Below are positions 30,601-44,209 of a stretch of 64,000 nucleotides of DNA, piece after piece. The DNA is taken from positions 1 through 64,000 of the forward strand of contig JANHCV010000005.1 in assembly GCA_025594325.1 (NCBI GenBank), in the 5' to 3' direction. This stretch comes from Blastocladiella emersonii ATCC 22665. Lineage: Eukaryota > Fungi > Blastocladiomycota. Under the pieces are notes generated by a model. The model was not told the origin of the DNA, ran no database searches, and saw only the letters and a program-made list of their open reading frames with translations. The first letter of the stretch is position 1. The number at the start of each line of letters is the position of its first letter. The translations under genes and the position numbers were made by a program.

Positions 30601-33299
30601 AGTGGCTCTTTGCTGCTTCAGGGCGCACTCGCCGCGCGCTCTGTCCAAATTGCGTCCTATTTGCGGCGCGACGGCGGACTCACAGTCGCAATCAAGGCAG
30701 ACGGCCATGGCAGTGGCGCGCGGGTCACGCAATCGGGTGCGCGGGTCGACTTAGCAGGCGAGTCATATGCGCGGGCTCACAAGCGCGATAAGTATGTGCG
30801 CGCAAGAGCAGCGACACGCCCACGACCGCGACTGTTGGCGGAGCGATGCCGGCGAGCAACGCGGCATCGAACAGCACCGCTGCACCGCCGTCAGCGCTAC
30901 TCCCGTACGCAACGCGACGAGCACACAGTCCGTGCACGCGCTCGGTCAAATCGCGTGCGGTCGTTGCGCGCACTGATGGGTCAAACGCGGTGGTGAATGG
31001 CGCATGCAGGCGGGTGTGACGGGCGCAACGACAGCTGGCGCACGCGGCGGGAAAAGCACATGGGCGGGGCGAGCTCGCGTCGCGCGACGGGTGCGCGCGG
31101 GAAGATGGACTGCGCGGTCGGTGCGACGGGCACGTGCGCGACAGCGAGCGCGAGCGGGACCTAGGGCGACGAGAACGTGGTCCTTGTACACGCAACAATG
31201 GACCGCGCCCGTGGGCGGTGGGACGAGCGAGCAGGTGGGGCGGACGCGCGGATGGATCGAGCGCGCAGGCGAACGGGACAAGTGGGCGGGTGAGGCGAGT
31301 TCACGGCCGCGATCGCAAGGGACGGCGACGCGACGGGTCCTGGCTGATCGGGTGCGCGGCGAGCGCGCTTTGTTGCGGCGCAGCGGGCGCGCAACTGCGA
31401 CCTGCTTGAGCCCCGTCGCGCAGCGCTGTGCGCTCCGCGGGCTCGCACGCCTGGTCGATATCAAGCGAGGGCCGCCCGATCATGGTTGCGTAGACACAGC
31501 GGGGAGCGGCAAGAACAAGCAACCCGCAGTCTTGGCAGCGAACGCCGCCACCTTGTCTCACGGACGGTTGGCGGATTGCGCCATGTCCCGCACGCAATAC
31601 TGCCTGCATCCCGCGGTGCGCCGTGTGCACGCGGCGACGCACGGTTCCGCCCCGACGCGGGGCCAGCGCCGTGGTCTCATTGGAAGGGCAAACAAGTTGC
31701 AGCAAGAGAGATCATGTATCATTTGGAACAAGTTGCATGGAGTGTGGTAGCGTTCCAGGCCAAGGAGGGGGAGAGGGAGGAGGAGTGGAGAGGGAGAGGG
31801 AACGAGGAGCGGCGCGGCCTCGCGTGGCTGCTGATTGAAGTGGCAGGAGCCTCTTCGGCTGGTGTTGTGCGACCCGCTCCCGCCGCCGCCTCTCTCTGCA
31901 CCTCCTCCAAACCTGTGTGCTCCCTACTCGCCCTCACCTCTCGCAACTTGCTGCAATGCTATCAACCCAACATCGGCAATCTGCACTTCGCCCGCACCGT
32001 CCTCGCCGCTGCCGCAAGTGAGCCGGCTGCACCTGGCCCGGTCACCCCCTCCACCCTCGCTTCTCCTTCCCCGAGTCTGCGCCATCACCGCTGGACCGCC
32101 ACGCCAAGGAGGCCGCCTTCACCGCGCTTGCTGCCGTGCTCGCCGACCCGCACTTCACCCGCGCCGTCGTCGCCGCGTGCCGCCCGCTCGTCCTCGACCT
32201 CGTCGCACTCATCGTGCACGCCGCTCTGCAGAACGAGTCGCCCTCCCGCAGCCCCGCCAAGTCGGCTCCCGGCAAGCGCCGCCGGACCGCTTCGCTCAGC
32301 GGTGCATCTGAGGATGCCAACGGTACGCTCGCTGCGCGCGCAATCCGTCACATAACTCGTCCCTGACGTCCGAATTCGGCCCCCTCTCTCTCTAGCCATG
32401 GACGTGGATGCCGCGCCGCCGACCGACCGCGTCGTCCCTTGCCGCACCGACGGCTCACGAGTCGATGGGCATCGCGCTCGCCACGCACCGCCTGCTCGCA
32501 CATGCCCCTGCGGTCTGCGGCATGTGGAACATGCACCCGCTCCGCTGAACGCGCTCGTCGACTCGCCCGTCCTCGCCCCGCGCGCGCGTGATCGTCACGC
32601 GCATCCTCGCCGAGTGCTTTGCGGTCGCAGGCGCCAAGCGTGCGGTGATTGTCCGCGGCGCGCCCGACGGCGACGCCGACTACGCATTTGAGTTCGCCGC
32701 GCGTAACACCCGTCGTGAGCGGGTTCGCTGCCGTTCCCGCCAAGAAGCCCGCCAACGAGGGCCCGATTATCCCGCGCCCGCCCTACTCCTGCGCCACTCG
32801 CTCGCAACACCCGTCGACTCGCCCGTCCTCGCCCCGCACGCGCGCATGCCCAACATGCACCTCGCGCCCGCCACCAACGGCCTGATCGAGCGCGCGGGCG
32901 TCAAGTGGTGGCGCCCGCTTCTCGCCGCGTGGATGGACTGGCGCGCGTAGAGCCCCGCGCTCGCGCCGCTCCGCGTCAGCGGCGACAGCCTCGCAGTGCT
33001 CCTCAACCGCATGGCCGTGGCGAACTCCGCCCGCGGCAACCACGTGCGTCATCATTGCGGCGCACGCGGTGTGCGACATGGGCGCGGCGAGCCGCCGCCT
33101 CGAGGAGCGCACCGACGCGCGCGACGACCAGTTCGAGCACAAGCTGCGCTGTTTCATCGACTCGGCGACGCGGACCAGGCGCGCGCAGGCGACCTTCGAC
33201 CGCGTCCAGTGCCCCGCCCCGCCCGACGGCGACGCTGGGACGGCCCGATCATTACGCGCGAGCCCGACGAGGTCGAGCGTGTTGTCGCCGAGCAGGTCC

Positions 33300-35000
33300 A
33301 GGGCTGGTTCGGCCGATACGAGGACGGCGACGGCGACCCCGACGCGCAGCTGCCCGGCCGGTGGCAGCACGCGTTTGCGCCGCTCCAGTACATCATCGAC
33401 GACGTGTGGGACGGGCTCATGGCCGCGCCGACGCACAAGGAGCTCGCCGACGTGCTCGCCGCGTCGGGCAAGGACAAGGCGCCGGGACACCGGGCTCACG
33501 GTCCGGCTCCTCGACAAGGCCGGCGACAAGGCGCACGACGCGCTGCTCGCCCTGTTTGCGGCGTGCCTGCGCACGCGGTCCGCGCCCGCGTCGTGGAAGA
33601 CGGGCCTCATCTACCTGATCCCCAAGACGAGCGCCGGGTTCACGGACCTCGCGAGACCGCGTCCAAGGTGCTCATGAAGATCCTGCTCGAGCGCTTGCAC
33701 CCGGTCCTGCGCGAGCACGACGTCCTGCAGGGCGTGCGGTACTCGGCGATCCCGGGCACCGACACGACGACGCCGATCGCGATCCTGCACGCCGCCGCGC
33801 TCAAGGCGCGCATCGAGGACGGTCCGCTCTGGGCCTACTTTGAGGACAAGTCCAAGGCGTTCGACTCGGTGCCGCACGCCCTGCTCAAGCGCGCCATGCG
33901 GCGCATTTGGCTGCCGCCCGAGTTCGTCGACTTCTACTTTGACGGGATGCTGCACGGGCGCACCGCGCGCGTGCTCACGGCGTACGGCCTGTCGGACGAG
34001 GTCCGCATCGAGCTCGGGTTCCCGCAGGGCGCCGTCGAGTCGCCGCTGCTGTGGAACCTCTTCTACGACGTGTGCCTGTGCGAGATCAACCGGCTCACGG
34101 TCGAGACGGGCGACGCCGACCACGACGAGGACGCGCGCGGGTTCGGCATCACGCTCGAGGCCGGGTCGGGGCTGCGCCACGTCGGGCCCAACCGCGGGTT
34201 TGCGGCGCCGCCGTTCACGTTTCGCGCGTCGCACCGCCAGCTCGACACGCTCCTTGTCGCCGCCGTCGCCTACATGGACGACGCCGTCTTCTATGCATCC
34301 GACCGCGACCACCTGCAACGCATCGTTGACATTGTGGACGACTTCAACGGGCTCACGCGCATCAACGCGAACCCGGCCAAGGGTGCGGTCCTCCGCATTC
34401 TCTCCAGGTGGGACGGCGGGGCGCTCACGGGCGGGCCCAACGTCCCGCAGAACGCACCCCTCGTCGTGCGCGGCGTCGCCGTCCCCTGGGTCGGCAAGTC
34501 GTTCCGCTACCTGGGCGTGTTCATTGACCACGCCATGCTCGGCCGCGAAGCAGCCAACACGTGCCTCGCCGAGGCGCGCAAGGGCCTCGCCCTGCTCAAG
34601 GACCGCCCGCCGCATTGCGGGCAAGGCCGCCGTGTACCTGCTCAACGCCGTCTTCTTCCCCGCCGCGGCGTACCGCTCGCTGTTCCGCGTGCCGTCGCTC
34701 GCGCAGCTCGACTGCATCGACCAGTCGGCGCGCGCGCTCGTGCGCCGCAAGTACAAGCTGCCCAACACGTTCCCCACGGCCATTCTGCACGACCGCGACA
34801 TCATTGGCCTGCACTCGCTCGCCGACCTGATCACGCAGCAGCACGTCACCGACCTGTGCGTGATGCTCAACGACCCGCGCCCGCACGGCGTGCCTGCGCG
34901 CTACGAGCTCGGCATCCTCCAGTTCCAGACGCAGTGCGCGTTCTCGCCGCTCGAGTGGCCCGACCTCGCGCTCGTGCCCATGTCCAACCAGCTGCCGTGA
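33300..35000 (+). pseudogene. Reverse transcriptase domain (frameshifted)
   Basis: RT motifs split across frames, with breaks near 33490, 33660 and 34610. Confidence 0.85.
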
Positions 35001-35594
35001 GTGTGGTTCGACAACTAGCTGCTGCTCATGCGGCGGCGCAAGATGTCGATCGTGGACCGCGGCCGCGACTACAACCTCATCGTCGGGCAACTGCACGCCC
35101 ACGTTCCTCGTCGCGCCCGACATGACGGTGCGCGGCAAGAGGAGCCAGGACCGTGTCTGGACCAAGAACCTGATCCGGTGGCTGCCCATGTACACGCTCG
35201 AGACGCTGCTCGAGTACCCGTCCGACAACGACGACGGCCTGGTCGGGCGCAAGTACACGCTGCCGATGCTCCGCCGCATGGCGACCAAGGACGTGCAGCA
35301 GCTCGTCAAGGAGTTCCGCGCGCCGCTCACGGACAACGGCAACGCGCGCATGAACGCCGACGACCGCCACGTCGCCCAGACCCTGCTCGACGTGGCGAAC
35401 CGCAACCACGCCCGGATCACGGACATCAGCCACGGCCGGGAAATGTACCCGCCCGCGCCGCCCATGGACGACGACCCGCCCGCGCCCGCCGGCGCGCCGC
35501 CGCTCGTCTTCCGCCACACCCGCCCCCGCCCCGCCGCCGCGCTCGTTGATCCTGTCCGCGCCGTCGGGTTCCAGATCATGCCCACCCCGGGCAA

Positions 35595-36110
35595 CGTCGT
35601 CCTCGCGTACACGGACGGCTCGTACTACGCGGACCGGCCGGGCCCCGAGGGCGTCGCGCGCGCGGGCTCCGCCGCCGTGTTCCCGCTGCCCGACGGCTAC
35701 AACACGGCCACGCGCTTTGAGGCCGATTGCCGCGCGGCCGCCAACGGCGTCACGGACGACGACGTGGGCCACATCGCCGCCGCCAAGCTGCCGACCGGCC
35801 CGTTCTCGTCGACGCGCGCTGAGATCCACGCGTTCGTCCTCGCCGTGTCGCAGGTCGCCGCCGGGACCGCGCTGCACATCTACTCGGACTCGCAGGCCGC
35901 CATCGAGGCCGCGCGCACGCAGCTCTCGCCGACGGCGACGATGCGCCAGCGCGTCTGGTGCGTGTCGAGCGACCTGTGGTCCGCGCTCCGCCTCGCGCTG
36001 CGCGACCGCAACGTCAAGGTCATCTTCTCGTGGGTCCGCGGCCACGCCGACGACCCGACCACGCCCAACAACGTCGCCGACCGCACCGCCAAGACCGCGG
36101 CGAACCAGCC
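35595..36110 (+). pseudogene. RNase H domain of the retroelement
   Basis: AYTDGSY...SSTRAEIHAF...IYSDSQAAI...WVRGHA...NNVADRTAK, with the D-E-D-D catalytic pattern present. Confidence 0.88.
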
Positions 36111-39100
36111 GTCCGCCACCGACGCGTACTTTTCGAAACGCACGCGCACCGAGTCGGACATCCGCCACGTCCCCGGCTTTTTCGACCACGAGATTGGCGG
36201 TGACCCGCGCAAGTTCATGCGCGACTTCGCGCAGGCCGAGTGCCGCGACGCGGTTCTCGCCGAGATCGTGGCACACCTCAAGCTCGCTCAGCTGCCGCCG
36301 CTACCACCCGAGCCCGCCGCCGCTGATGCAGCCGCTGCTGTAGCAGCTGCGAACGCCGTCGCCGCCCAGGCCGAGGAGCTCGACTGGGAGGCGACCGCGC
36401 TCGCGCTCCACGGCGGGTCGCGCCCGCTCGCGCGCCGCACCTCGCGCGACCAGAACAAGGGGACGTCCTTCCGCCTGCGCGCGCTCGCCAACAAGCTGCC
36501 GTGCCGCGAGTCGCTGCACTCGGTCGGCCGCATCGCCGTGCCCACCTGCGGCAGGGCCAAGTGCGCCGCCTAGCCGAACCCCGAGGCCCGCTGCATCCCG
36601 TGCTGGAACGCCGACTTCAAAGCGTCTCGGTGCTCGTGCGGCCTGCTCGACACGCCGTTCCACTGGTTCCAGTGCAAGCACATGGACGCCCAGCGCGTCG
36701 CGACGCTCGACCAGATCTCCGAATCGTGGCTCAGCCAGCTCACGTCCGTCGGCGCGGCCAAGCACGACGCCGCCCTGAACCCCGCCGCCGGCACGCTGAT
36801 CGACGCGCTGCTCGGCCCTGACCTGCTGCACGTCGTGCACCTCGACGTCAACACGCTGCGCGCCGACCGCGACGCAGCGTTCGCGACCCGCGTCGCGGCG
36901 ATCCCTGCCTGGGCGATCGCGCGCCGCGACGTAAAGGAGGCTGGCCTGTCGATCCCGGGCGAGGACGCGCTGCCGCCGCTTCTCGACCTGCCCGATGCCG
37001 CCGCAATCCGCCTGTTCTCCCGCGCCATCACGCGTGGCGCGGTGCACGCGCGCCGCGAGTTCCTGGGCAGCCTGGCCGCCGCCGCCGCCGCGATCGCGCT
37101 CCACCCGCTCCCGTCCCCGCACCACCTCGAGGTCAAGGGTATTCGCGGCCCCGCCCTGCGGAAGCCCATGCTCACCTGGTTCGCCCGCGGCTACGCGGCC
37201 CGCGAGTTCATTACAGCCGCCGTCGCGCCTGCCTGCATGCTCCACCACGGGCTCGACGCCGACGACGCCGACGACGCCGTCATGAGCGGGTTCGCCGCCG
37301 TCCCCGCCGAGCTCGTCAACGAAGGTCAAGTCGTCCCGCACCCGCCGCTGCTCTTGCACCACTCGTCGTGCCACTGTACCCGCTCCTCGGCGCACTCGAA
37401 GCCGGCATGGCCGCCGCGATGCTCGATTCCGCGGTTTTGGGGGACGCCCACGCCGCGCTCCCCGTCCTCCTGTGGGCATTGTCCATGTGGTCGCAGTGCC
37501 TCGTGCAGCACAAGCTCAATCTGCAGCTCGACCTCACCGCGCTCTAGCGCGACCTCGTCGCCGCCCGCATGCACCTTTTGCGCAACGTGCCCGCGACGTG
37601 ACCGCGACGCGGATCGCGAGCGCGACCGAGATTGTCTCGACCGCGACGTCGAACCTTGAGCAGCTCGGGCTCGCCTGGATCCACCTCGGGCTCGCGTTCA
37701 TGGAGCTACCACTACATGCGGCAGCTGCAGGGGAGCCTCGAGCTCGAGCTGCAGGTGCGCCTCGCGCTGCAGATCCGCGACAACGACATGTCCACCAGCC
37801 CGACCATCGAGTGGCTCCGCGCGCGCCTCGCGGCGGTCCCGAGCCGCTGCTGCCCATCATCACCCAGAAGAGCGACGCGCTGTCCCACAATCAGAACACG
37901 CCCGACCTCCCCGCGCCCACCACGTCCGCGTTCGGCCACGCGCTCCACCACTACCCGGAGCCGTGCGCCACGCAGCTCGCCGCCGCGCCCGCGTACCGCG
38001 ACGCCCGATCCTGTCCTTTTCGGTGCAGCTCGCGCGCATCGCCGAGGTCCCGCTCCCGCTCGCCGAGCTCATGGCGGAGCTCACCATGCACGAGGCGTCG
38101 ACTCTGCTGCAGGTGCGCAGGAAGGCGTTGGCTGACCCAAGCACTTCCGCGATATGGGCCTGTCGTGGCGCCACGCACACAACCCCGTGTCCGAGGACGT
38201 GGTCGTGCTGTCGCCCATCGCCGACACCCCGCGCGTCGCCTTCAAGCCGCTCGTCGACGCGGTGACCGTCTACCACCTCCGCCTCGTCGCGCTCATGACG
38301 ACGACGGCCAAGGTGCTCAGGAATCGCTCGCACGTCATCCATCACAACCAGGCCGAGTGCGCCGTCAGGTACGCCGCCGACCTGTACAAGTTTGTCGTCG
38401 TGGAACGCCGCGCTCTCGCGCCGGTCGTCGCCCTCGTCGCGGACCTCGACGCGCTCACGGCCATCGACGCCCCGTCAGGCCACTGGACCGCAGACCCCGC
38501 CATCGTCCGCGAGCTCCTCGCACTCAGCTCCATCGTGCTCGTCACCAAGCGCGTTCTCGCGCTCGACCTGCGCACTCCGCGCGCCGCGCCCGCCGTAAAC
38601 AGCGCTCCGCGACGCCGGCACCGACTTCCTCGGCCGCTTCCGCGCCGCGTACCCGAGCGATACGGAAGCGGTGTCTGTCCTTAACGCGGCCCTCCCGCGC
38701 GAGCGGTTCGCGGCCAAGGCCGCCGCCCGCGCCGAACTCGAGTCGCACGCGCGCACAGCGGCCCCGTTTCTACTTTATGTCGACCGTCCTCGCTTTCTGA
38801 TCAACTTCATTGACTCGAGTTGAGCGCAAGCCTAACACTCGGGACAGCGGCAGGTCGTGATCGAAGTTTGGCGGCGGTCTCTTCGCTCAGACGCTCGCTC
38901 CCCCGAGAATCTGACTAGACCGTAAGGTTCGCCGGCGTCCTTCGCAACGCGCTCGATGCCACCGACGCAAAACTCGAGTACCAGTGCGCTACCATGCTCG
39001 AGCTCTATGACGACGCGTTTCCCGTCCCCCACGTCGCACTCTTCTGTCCGCCGCAATCGCATGGGGCAAGTTGCCGGTTCTCGCGCCACCCGTTCACGAC

Positions 39101-40860
39101 CACGGGCCACGCGAAACGCCTGCCCGAGAGCATACATGTCGCCGTTGCCACGATCAAACCGGCCGTGCCCGTTCTCCACCCCACGCAGCTACCGTGGCCT
39201 TTTGCTTAGATGATTGCAATCTTGGGGCAAGTGTGAGCATTCAGCTTCGACAGAGAACCTACTTGAACACGGGCAGGAGGCAGACCGCACGAATTCGGGT
39301 CGCCGTCGGCACGCACGCACGCGCGAGGTGAGCGTGAGCGTGAGTACGCTGAGCAACGGACGCATCCTAAGGCCTCGCTCGGGCCGCGCGGCGAAAGCGT
39401 GAATCAACGCGGTACGGCGGGTGCACGCGCACGTCAAGGGCGACGATCCAAGGGGGCTCCGCCGCCGTGGCCGCCAGTTGAGCGAGGCGGCAGCATCCAT
39501 GCTCTCGCGAAGCAGCAAGCCGCCCGCCAGCTGGGCTAGGCTACGAAAGCGCGAGGTCATAAAGCAGCAGGTGCGAAAGGCAGCGCGGCAAGGCGCGGCC
39601 GACGAGCAGCAGCGGATCCCGAAGCGCACCGAGCCGCGGTAGCCGCTCGCGGCGGCACACCTCGCGCGCACCTCGCGCGCACACCAAACGCTGGCCCCGC
39701 TCGTGCGTGCGCGTGTGGCGACGACTCACCTGGCCCGCCATGAAGTTGCCGAGGCTGTGAGCACGTCCATGTCGGTCGGCTCGAACGGAGGCCGTGCGGC
39801 TCGGGAATGCATGCCAGCGGGGGACGAGCAGGTGGCCGGCGAGGACGACGAAGCGGTCGCGGTGGTCGGGTGAGGTTCGGCAGTGCAGATCGGCGGCGTG
39901 GGGCGGCGACAGGGGGACCGGAACGAGGCGAGCGAGCGAGGGACGCTGGCTAGCGGGGCCCGCCGCTGAAGCAAACGTTCGCGCGCGACTAACGTAGGGC
40001 AGCACGGCCAGCGGAAGGCGGCGTTCCCGACAAGGACGACGGGGACGGACGAGCTGCATAGCTGACGAAGCAGTCCGACTGACGCTCAGCTCAGTCGTAC
40101 AGTAGTAGCGGTACAGCAGATGCGGCTGGGCACCTCACGACGGCGCCGATCCGGGTCAGGGCCTGTCCGGCGTGATGTTGCACCAAGTTATCACGTTGCA
40201 TCGGCTTTCATGGTCATGGTGCATGGGGCGGCAGTCGGTGGAGAAGAGAGAAGAAGAAGGCTCTGGCCTCCTCACGTCTCCCTCCCGAAGCGCGCCCCGC
40301 GACGCGTCAGTCGCCGTCAGCTGACAAGGACGCGCAGCGCGGCGGCCACGGCGCCATGGCCACCGCGTGGCGTGGCGCGGCCTCGGTCGGTCGGTCGGTC
40401 AGGCACCCCGCTCACGTCCATGTCCATGTCCACGTCCACAAGGCAAGGCACGACGTGGCACTGTAACTTGATGGAATCGCATGAACCTCGCCCGCAGCGT
40501 GCTCCGCGGGCTGCTCGCCCCATGGCATCGCTCTCGCGCTTGAGCGCTGCAGCAAGCAACCTCCTTCTGTCGGCGTCAAACAGCAGCACAGCTGGTGGTC
40601 CTCTCCTCGTTCCGTATGCATGTGGCCGAGCGGGGTGCTGTCGCATGCGCCGCCGCCACCACCACCACTCCACGCTCTACGTGCCAACCAGCCAGCGCGT
40701 TTGCCATCGCCCGCGAGCTCGGCGGCCTTCGCACGCGCACGCGCGCGTCGCCCTGCTCTGCTCCACCGCGTCCGGCTTGACCTGCTGCCCCCGTCAGTCG
40801 CGCCGACCGACGTTTCCGCTCACGGCCGTGCACCGCTTCGAGTGTCGTTTGCGCGCCATC

Positions 40861-40903
40861 GCCCTTGACCACCGCCCTTGACCACCGCCCTTGACCACCG
40901 CCC
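40861..40903. repeat. 13-bp minisatellite (GCCCTTGACCACC) x3
   Basis: Read directly. Confidence 0.9.
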
Positions 40904-40967
40904 GTCCTCGACGCTGCGGACCCCTGCTTCGAATCAGCTCGCCCTGCCCTCCCCAACTCGGCGCACC

Positions 40968-40995
40968 TCGAGTCGAGTCGAGTCGAGTCGAGTCG
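40968..40995. repeat. (TCGAG)n pentanucleotide repeat
   Basis: Read directly, about 5.6 copies. Confidence 0.9.
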
Positions 40996-42824
40996 TCGCT
41001 GCCGAGCTGGTGCCGAGCTGCTGCTCCCGCTCGCACGCACCCTCTTCTTCCCCCAATGTCGGACCGCCCGCTACAGCTACCTCTCGGCTTGTACTTTATG
41101 TGTCCGCGGCTTCTGGCGCTCGTTTCTTCCTCGTGCGGCGCTCCCGCTGCAGCAGCGGCTGGGCGCACCGACGACCTCCGATTCTCGCTCGGCTCGGTGT
41201 GGGCCGCCCCCCCCCCCCCGAACGTCGCCGCCCTGAGCGAACGAGCGCGGCGCAGCTGTGGGATCAACGTCGGCATGTCCGTGGACGCAGCCGGCCGGCC
41301 GGCCAGCTGAGCAACGTCTCGGCCGTCACGCTGGCTGGTGGTACCGTACGGCGCGGCGAAGCGCCATCGAAACGGCCGCGCCGGGCGTGCGTGCTGCTGT
41401 GCCGCGCCCGCAGCCTTACGATGCCTTTCGATGCCTTCGCCCGAACCTGACGCTTGGCCGCTCAAGCGTTCCCGCGTCGTTGCATTCGCCGCTCGCGAGC
41501 GCGCGCGGGTGCGTGCGTGTGATCGCGAAGCCGCGGTCGGTCGTCCCGGCTCGCGAGCCATGCCGGCGTCGCGAGCGCGATCGACCTCACCCATGCGGTC
41601 GACCCGGTGGTCCAAGATGCGTGCGCAGCCTGTTCGTCGTCGTTGTCAAGTCGGGTGTGACCTGTGTACCACGGGCCAAGCGACCGCGCCGCCAACCGAC
41701 GACCTCCCACGGCGAGCTGCAGTCGCCCGCAGCCGAGGCCGCCGCGGCGGTGGTTCGGCTTCGGACCCCGCCGTATCCTGCTCGTGCTCGCTGCTCGCTG
41801 CTTGCGTCAGAGCGCCAGAGCGCCAGAGTCGTTGTCGGTGGCGGTGGCCGCCGCGTGGCAGGCAGCAGGGGCGCGGGCGGAGGAGTATAAAGGGCGCCTC
41901 GTCGCCGCGCGCGGTCCTCGCTCTCTCGCCTGATCATGAACCGCTATATAACCTCCCCACTCCATGAAACGCATCCATGTCTACCACATCAACACGTCGC
42001 ACATGCCGCGGCGGCACCACGCGCCCATGACCTCGTCGCTTGTTGTCGCTGGCGGGGCGCGCCAAACCTCGAGCGACCTGCCCTCGCGCGCAAGCATCGC
42101 CCCCCTCGCCGACCGCACCCTGCCCTGCACTTTCCCTCCTACGGTGTCAGACTGCAGCGTGAGCGGTGGTGGTGATGTCCGCGCTCGCTCGCTCCCTCGC
42201 TGCGGCCGTTGTGCTGGAGCGGCTGGCTGCGGTCGGTGGCATGGCCGTCCCGCACGCACGCGACACTCTGCCCGCTGCCGCTGCCCCGCGTGTGCCGGCA
42301 CACGCCAGCTGCACACCCGTCGTAAGCCGCCGCCGCCGCCGCCCCTTGGATCGTTGCCACCCGGAGCAGTGCCAGCAGCAGCACGCTTTGGCTCGGTCGC
42401 TCGCGAGCCTGGCGGCGGGCGCCGTGGTTGCTTGATCTTGCGTTCAACCCGTCGCCGTCCATGCTCACTCAACTTTGATGCGTCCAAACATGCTCCCCGC
42501 TACCCGGCGAGAGCGTCGCCGTCCTCGAGCGCCGCTGCGTGCCGCGGCTCATCCTGGCAGCCGGCCCCGCTTCTACTTTATGCTGCCGTCGTCGCGTCGG
42601 GCCAGGTCCCTCTTGGACGCGTGCCAGCATCGGCAACCCTTTTCCGCGCGGCGCGGCGCGGCTCGGCGCGGCTCGGCGCGAATCTCGCGTACTTGGTGGC
42701 GCCCAAGCCGTGATGCTTCGTGCCGGCCACATTGCCGTCCTCCTCGGAGCTCATGTCCTCGCGCGACAGCAGGTCGACGCCAAGCAGCGCCAACGGTTCC
42801 TTCGCTGCGGACCGCCCCGCTTCT

Positions 42825-42864
42825 TGGCGATGCGTGGCGATGCGTGGCGATGCGTGGCGATGCG
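42825..42864. repeat. (TGGCGATGCG) x4
   Basis: Read directly. Confidence 0.9.
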
Positions 42865-42998
42865 CGTGAGGTCGGCCGGCCGCAGGATGCGAGTCGGGTG
42901 GGGAACTTCGTTCTCGTCGACCAGTTCGGCGGCGGTCGGCATGCCGAACTTCCGAACTTGCGCGCGCGCCGTCGCGGGGCACGATCGCGATCGCGGGC

Positions 42999-43043
42999 GA
43001 CGACAGGTTGGGCAACAACAGGTTGGGCGACGACAGGTTGGGC
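42999..43043. repeat. 15-bp repeat RACRACAGGTTGGGC x3
   Basis: Read directly. Confidence 0.85.
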
Positions 43044-44209
43044 GCGCGCCGGACGGGAACATCAAACGGACGCAACGAGCTAGCTTAGCTCGCGGACGGC
43101 GAGCTCATGAACGTCGGGCGACCCGCCGCTCGTTCCTCCCGCGTACGAGGCGCGCGCGCCTTGGAACGGCCACCGCCGCCACGACAGCGCCCGTGTCTCG
43201 CGCGTCGCCGCCGCGTCGACCACACGCAGGTCCAGGACCCGGCGGTCGGCCATGTTGCTTGCTGCTTCTTCGCCTTGGTCGTCGACCCGGCGGCCATGTT
43301 GCCGCGCTTTGCCTTGGTCGACCCGGCGGCGGTCATGATGCTGATTAGCGGCGATTGTGATCGTGATCGTGGGCAAAGGATGGCGAGCGAAGCCAGTGGA
43401 CGCGGTCGCGGGCCCGAGCAGTGGGAGCAGAGTGCCGCCCGGCCCGGTGGCCAACCCAGTGAGCGAGCGAGGTGGAGCTCGAATACGTGAACTAACCACC
43501 CCCGATGCCTGCAGGGCCGTCAAACGACGCCGTAAAATTATGCTCACTAGTCTAAGCTATCTCATGATATATCAGAAGATTACGTGCAAAGTTTGAGCCA
43601 GATCCGAGACAGGTCGGGAGCTGCCAGATTGAGCGTTACGTGCTTGAATTGCCCACCCGCGCCGCGAGCTCGTCGCGACGGCGAGTGAAAAACTTTTTCG
43701 CCTCGGCGCGCCCGAACACGATCTCAACACCCCCATGCTTTGACTCGGGGATTTTTGCGTTTCTGGGGTCCCTGATGGTCCCTGATCACGATTCAGTGAT
43801 AAACAAGAATTATTGTTTTTGGGAGTTGAATTCATGTGTCTAAGTCGGCGGGCGGCGGGCTGGCTGGGCTGGCTGGGCCGGGCGGCGGCCAGCGTCCCCG
43901 CTGCGCCATCGTGGCGCACGCGCGCGAGCGCGCGCAAGTCCAGCATTGATGCTCTGCGTGGATTACACCGCTGTCAACCTCCTAAGCGGCCTGATCATAA
44001 CGGGGTCATGTCCGCGGGATCTGGCTCATTTGAAGAGACCCGTCTGGGTGTAGAGGAGCCAGCGCCGCAACTGTCGATACACAGTCTATTGCGTCATGAC
44101 ATGAGAACGTCAACGCGTCGAGATCTTCGGCGGCCAAAACGAGAGAAGTTGCGGGGTGATCAAAACTGACCATCGAGCGGCCATGTCACCGCGTCTCCTC
44201 AGATCCTGG

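Larger units (their letters stand above)
32100..37400 (+). mobile_element. Degenerate non-LTR (LINE-like) retroelement with RT, RNase H and Cys-rich C-terminus; boundaries approximate
   Basis: RT motifs KDKAPG, WKTGLIYLIPK, DKSKAFDSVPH, GFPQGAVESPLLWNLFYD, AYMDD, FRYLGVFI. Multiple frameshifts and stops. No TSD or poly(A) identified. Confidence 0.85.

Noticed and set aside
30159-31750. Short ORF fragments, including a CQDC motif
   Set aside because: Too fragmentary to assign; covered under the buffer-zone finding
40861-43043. Short tandem repeats as a possible CRISPR-like array
   Set aside because: No unique spacers, eukaryotic context; simple minisatellites
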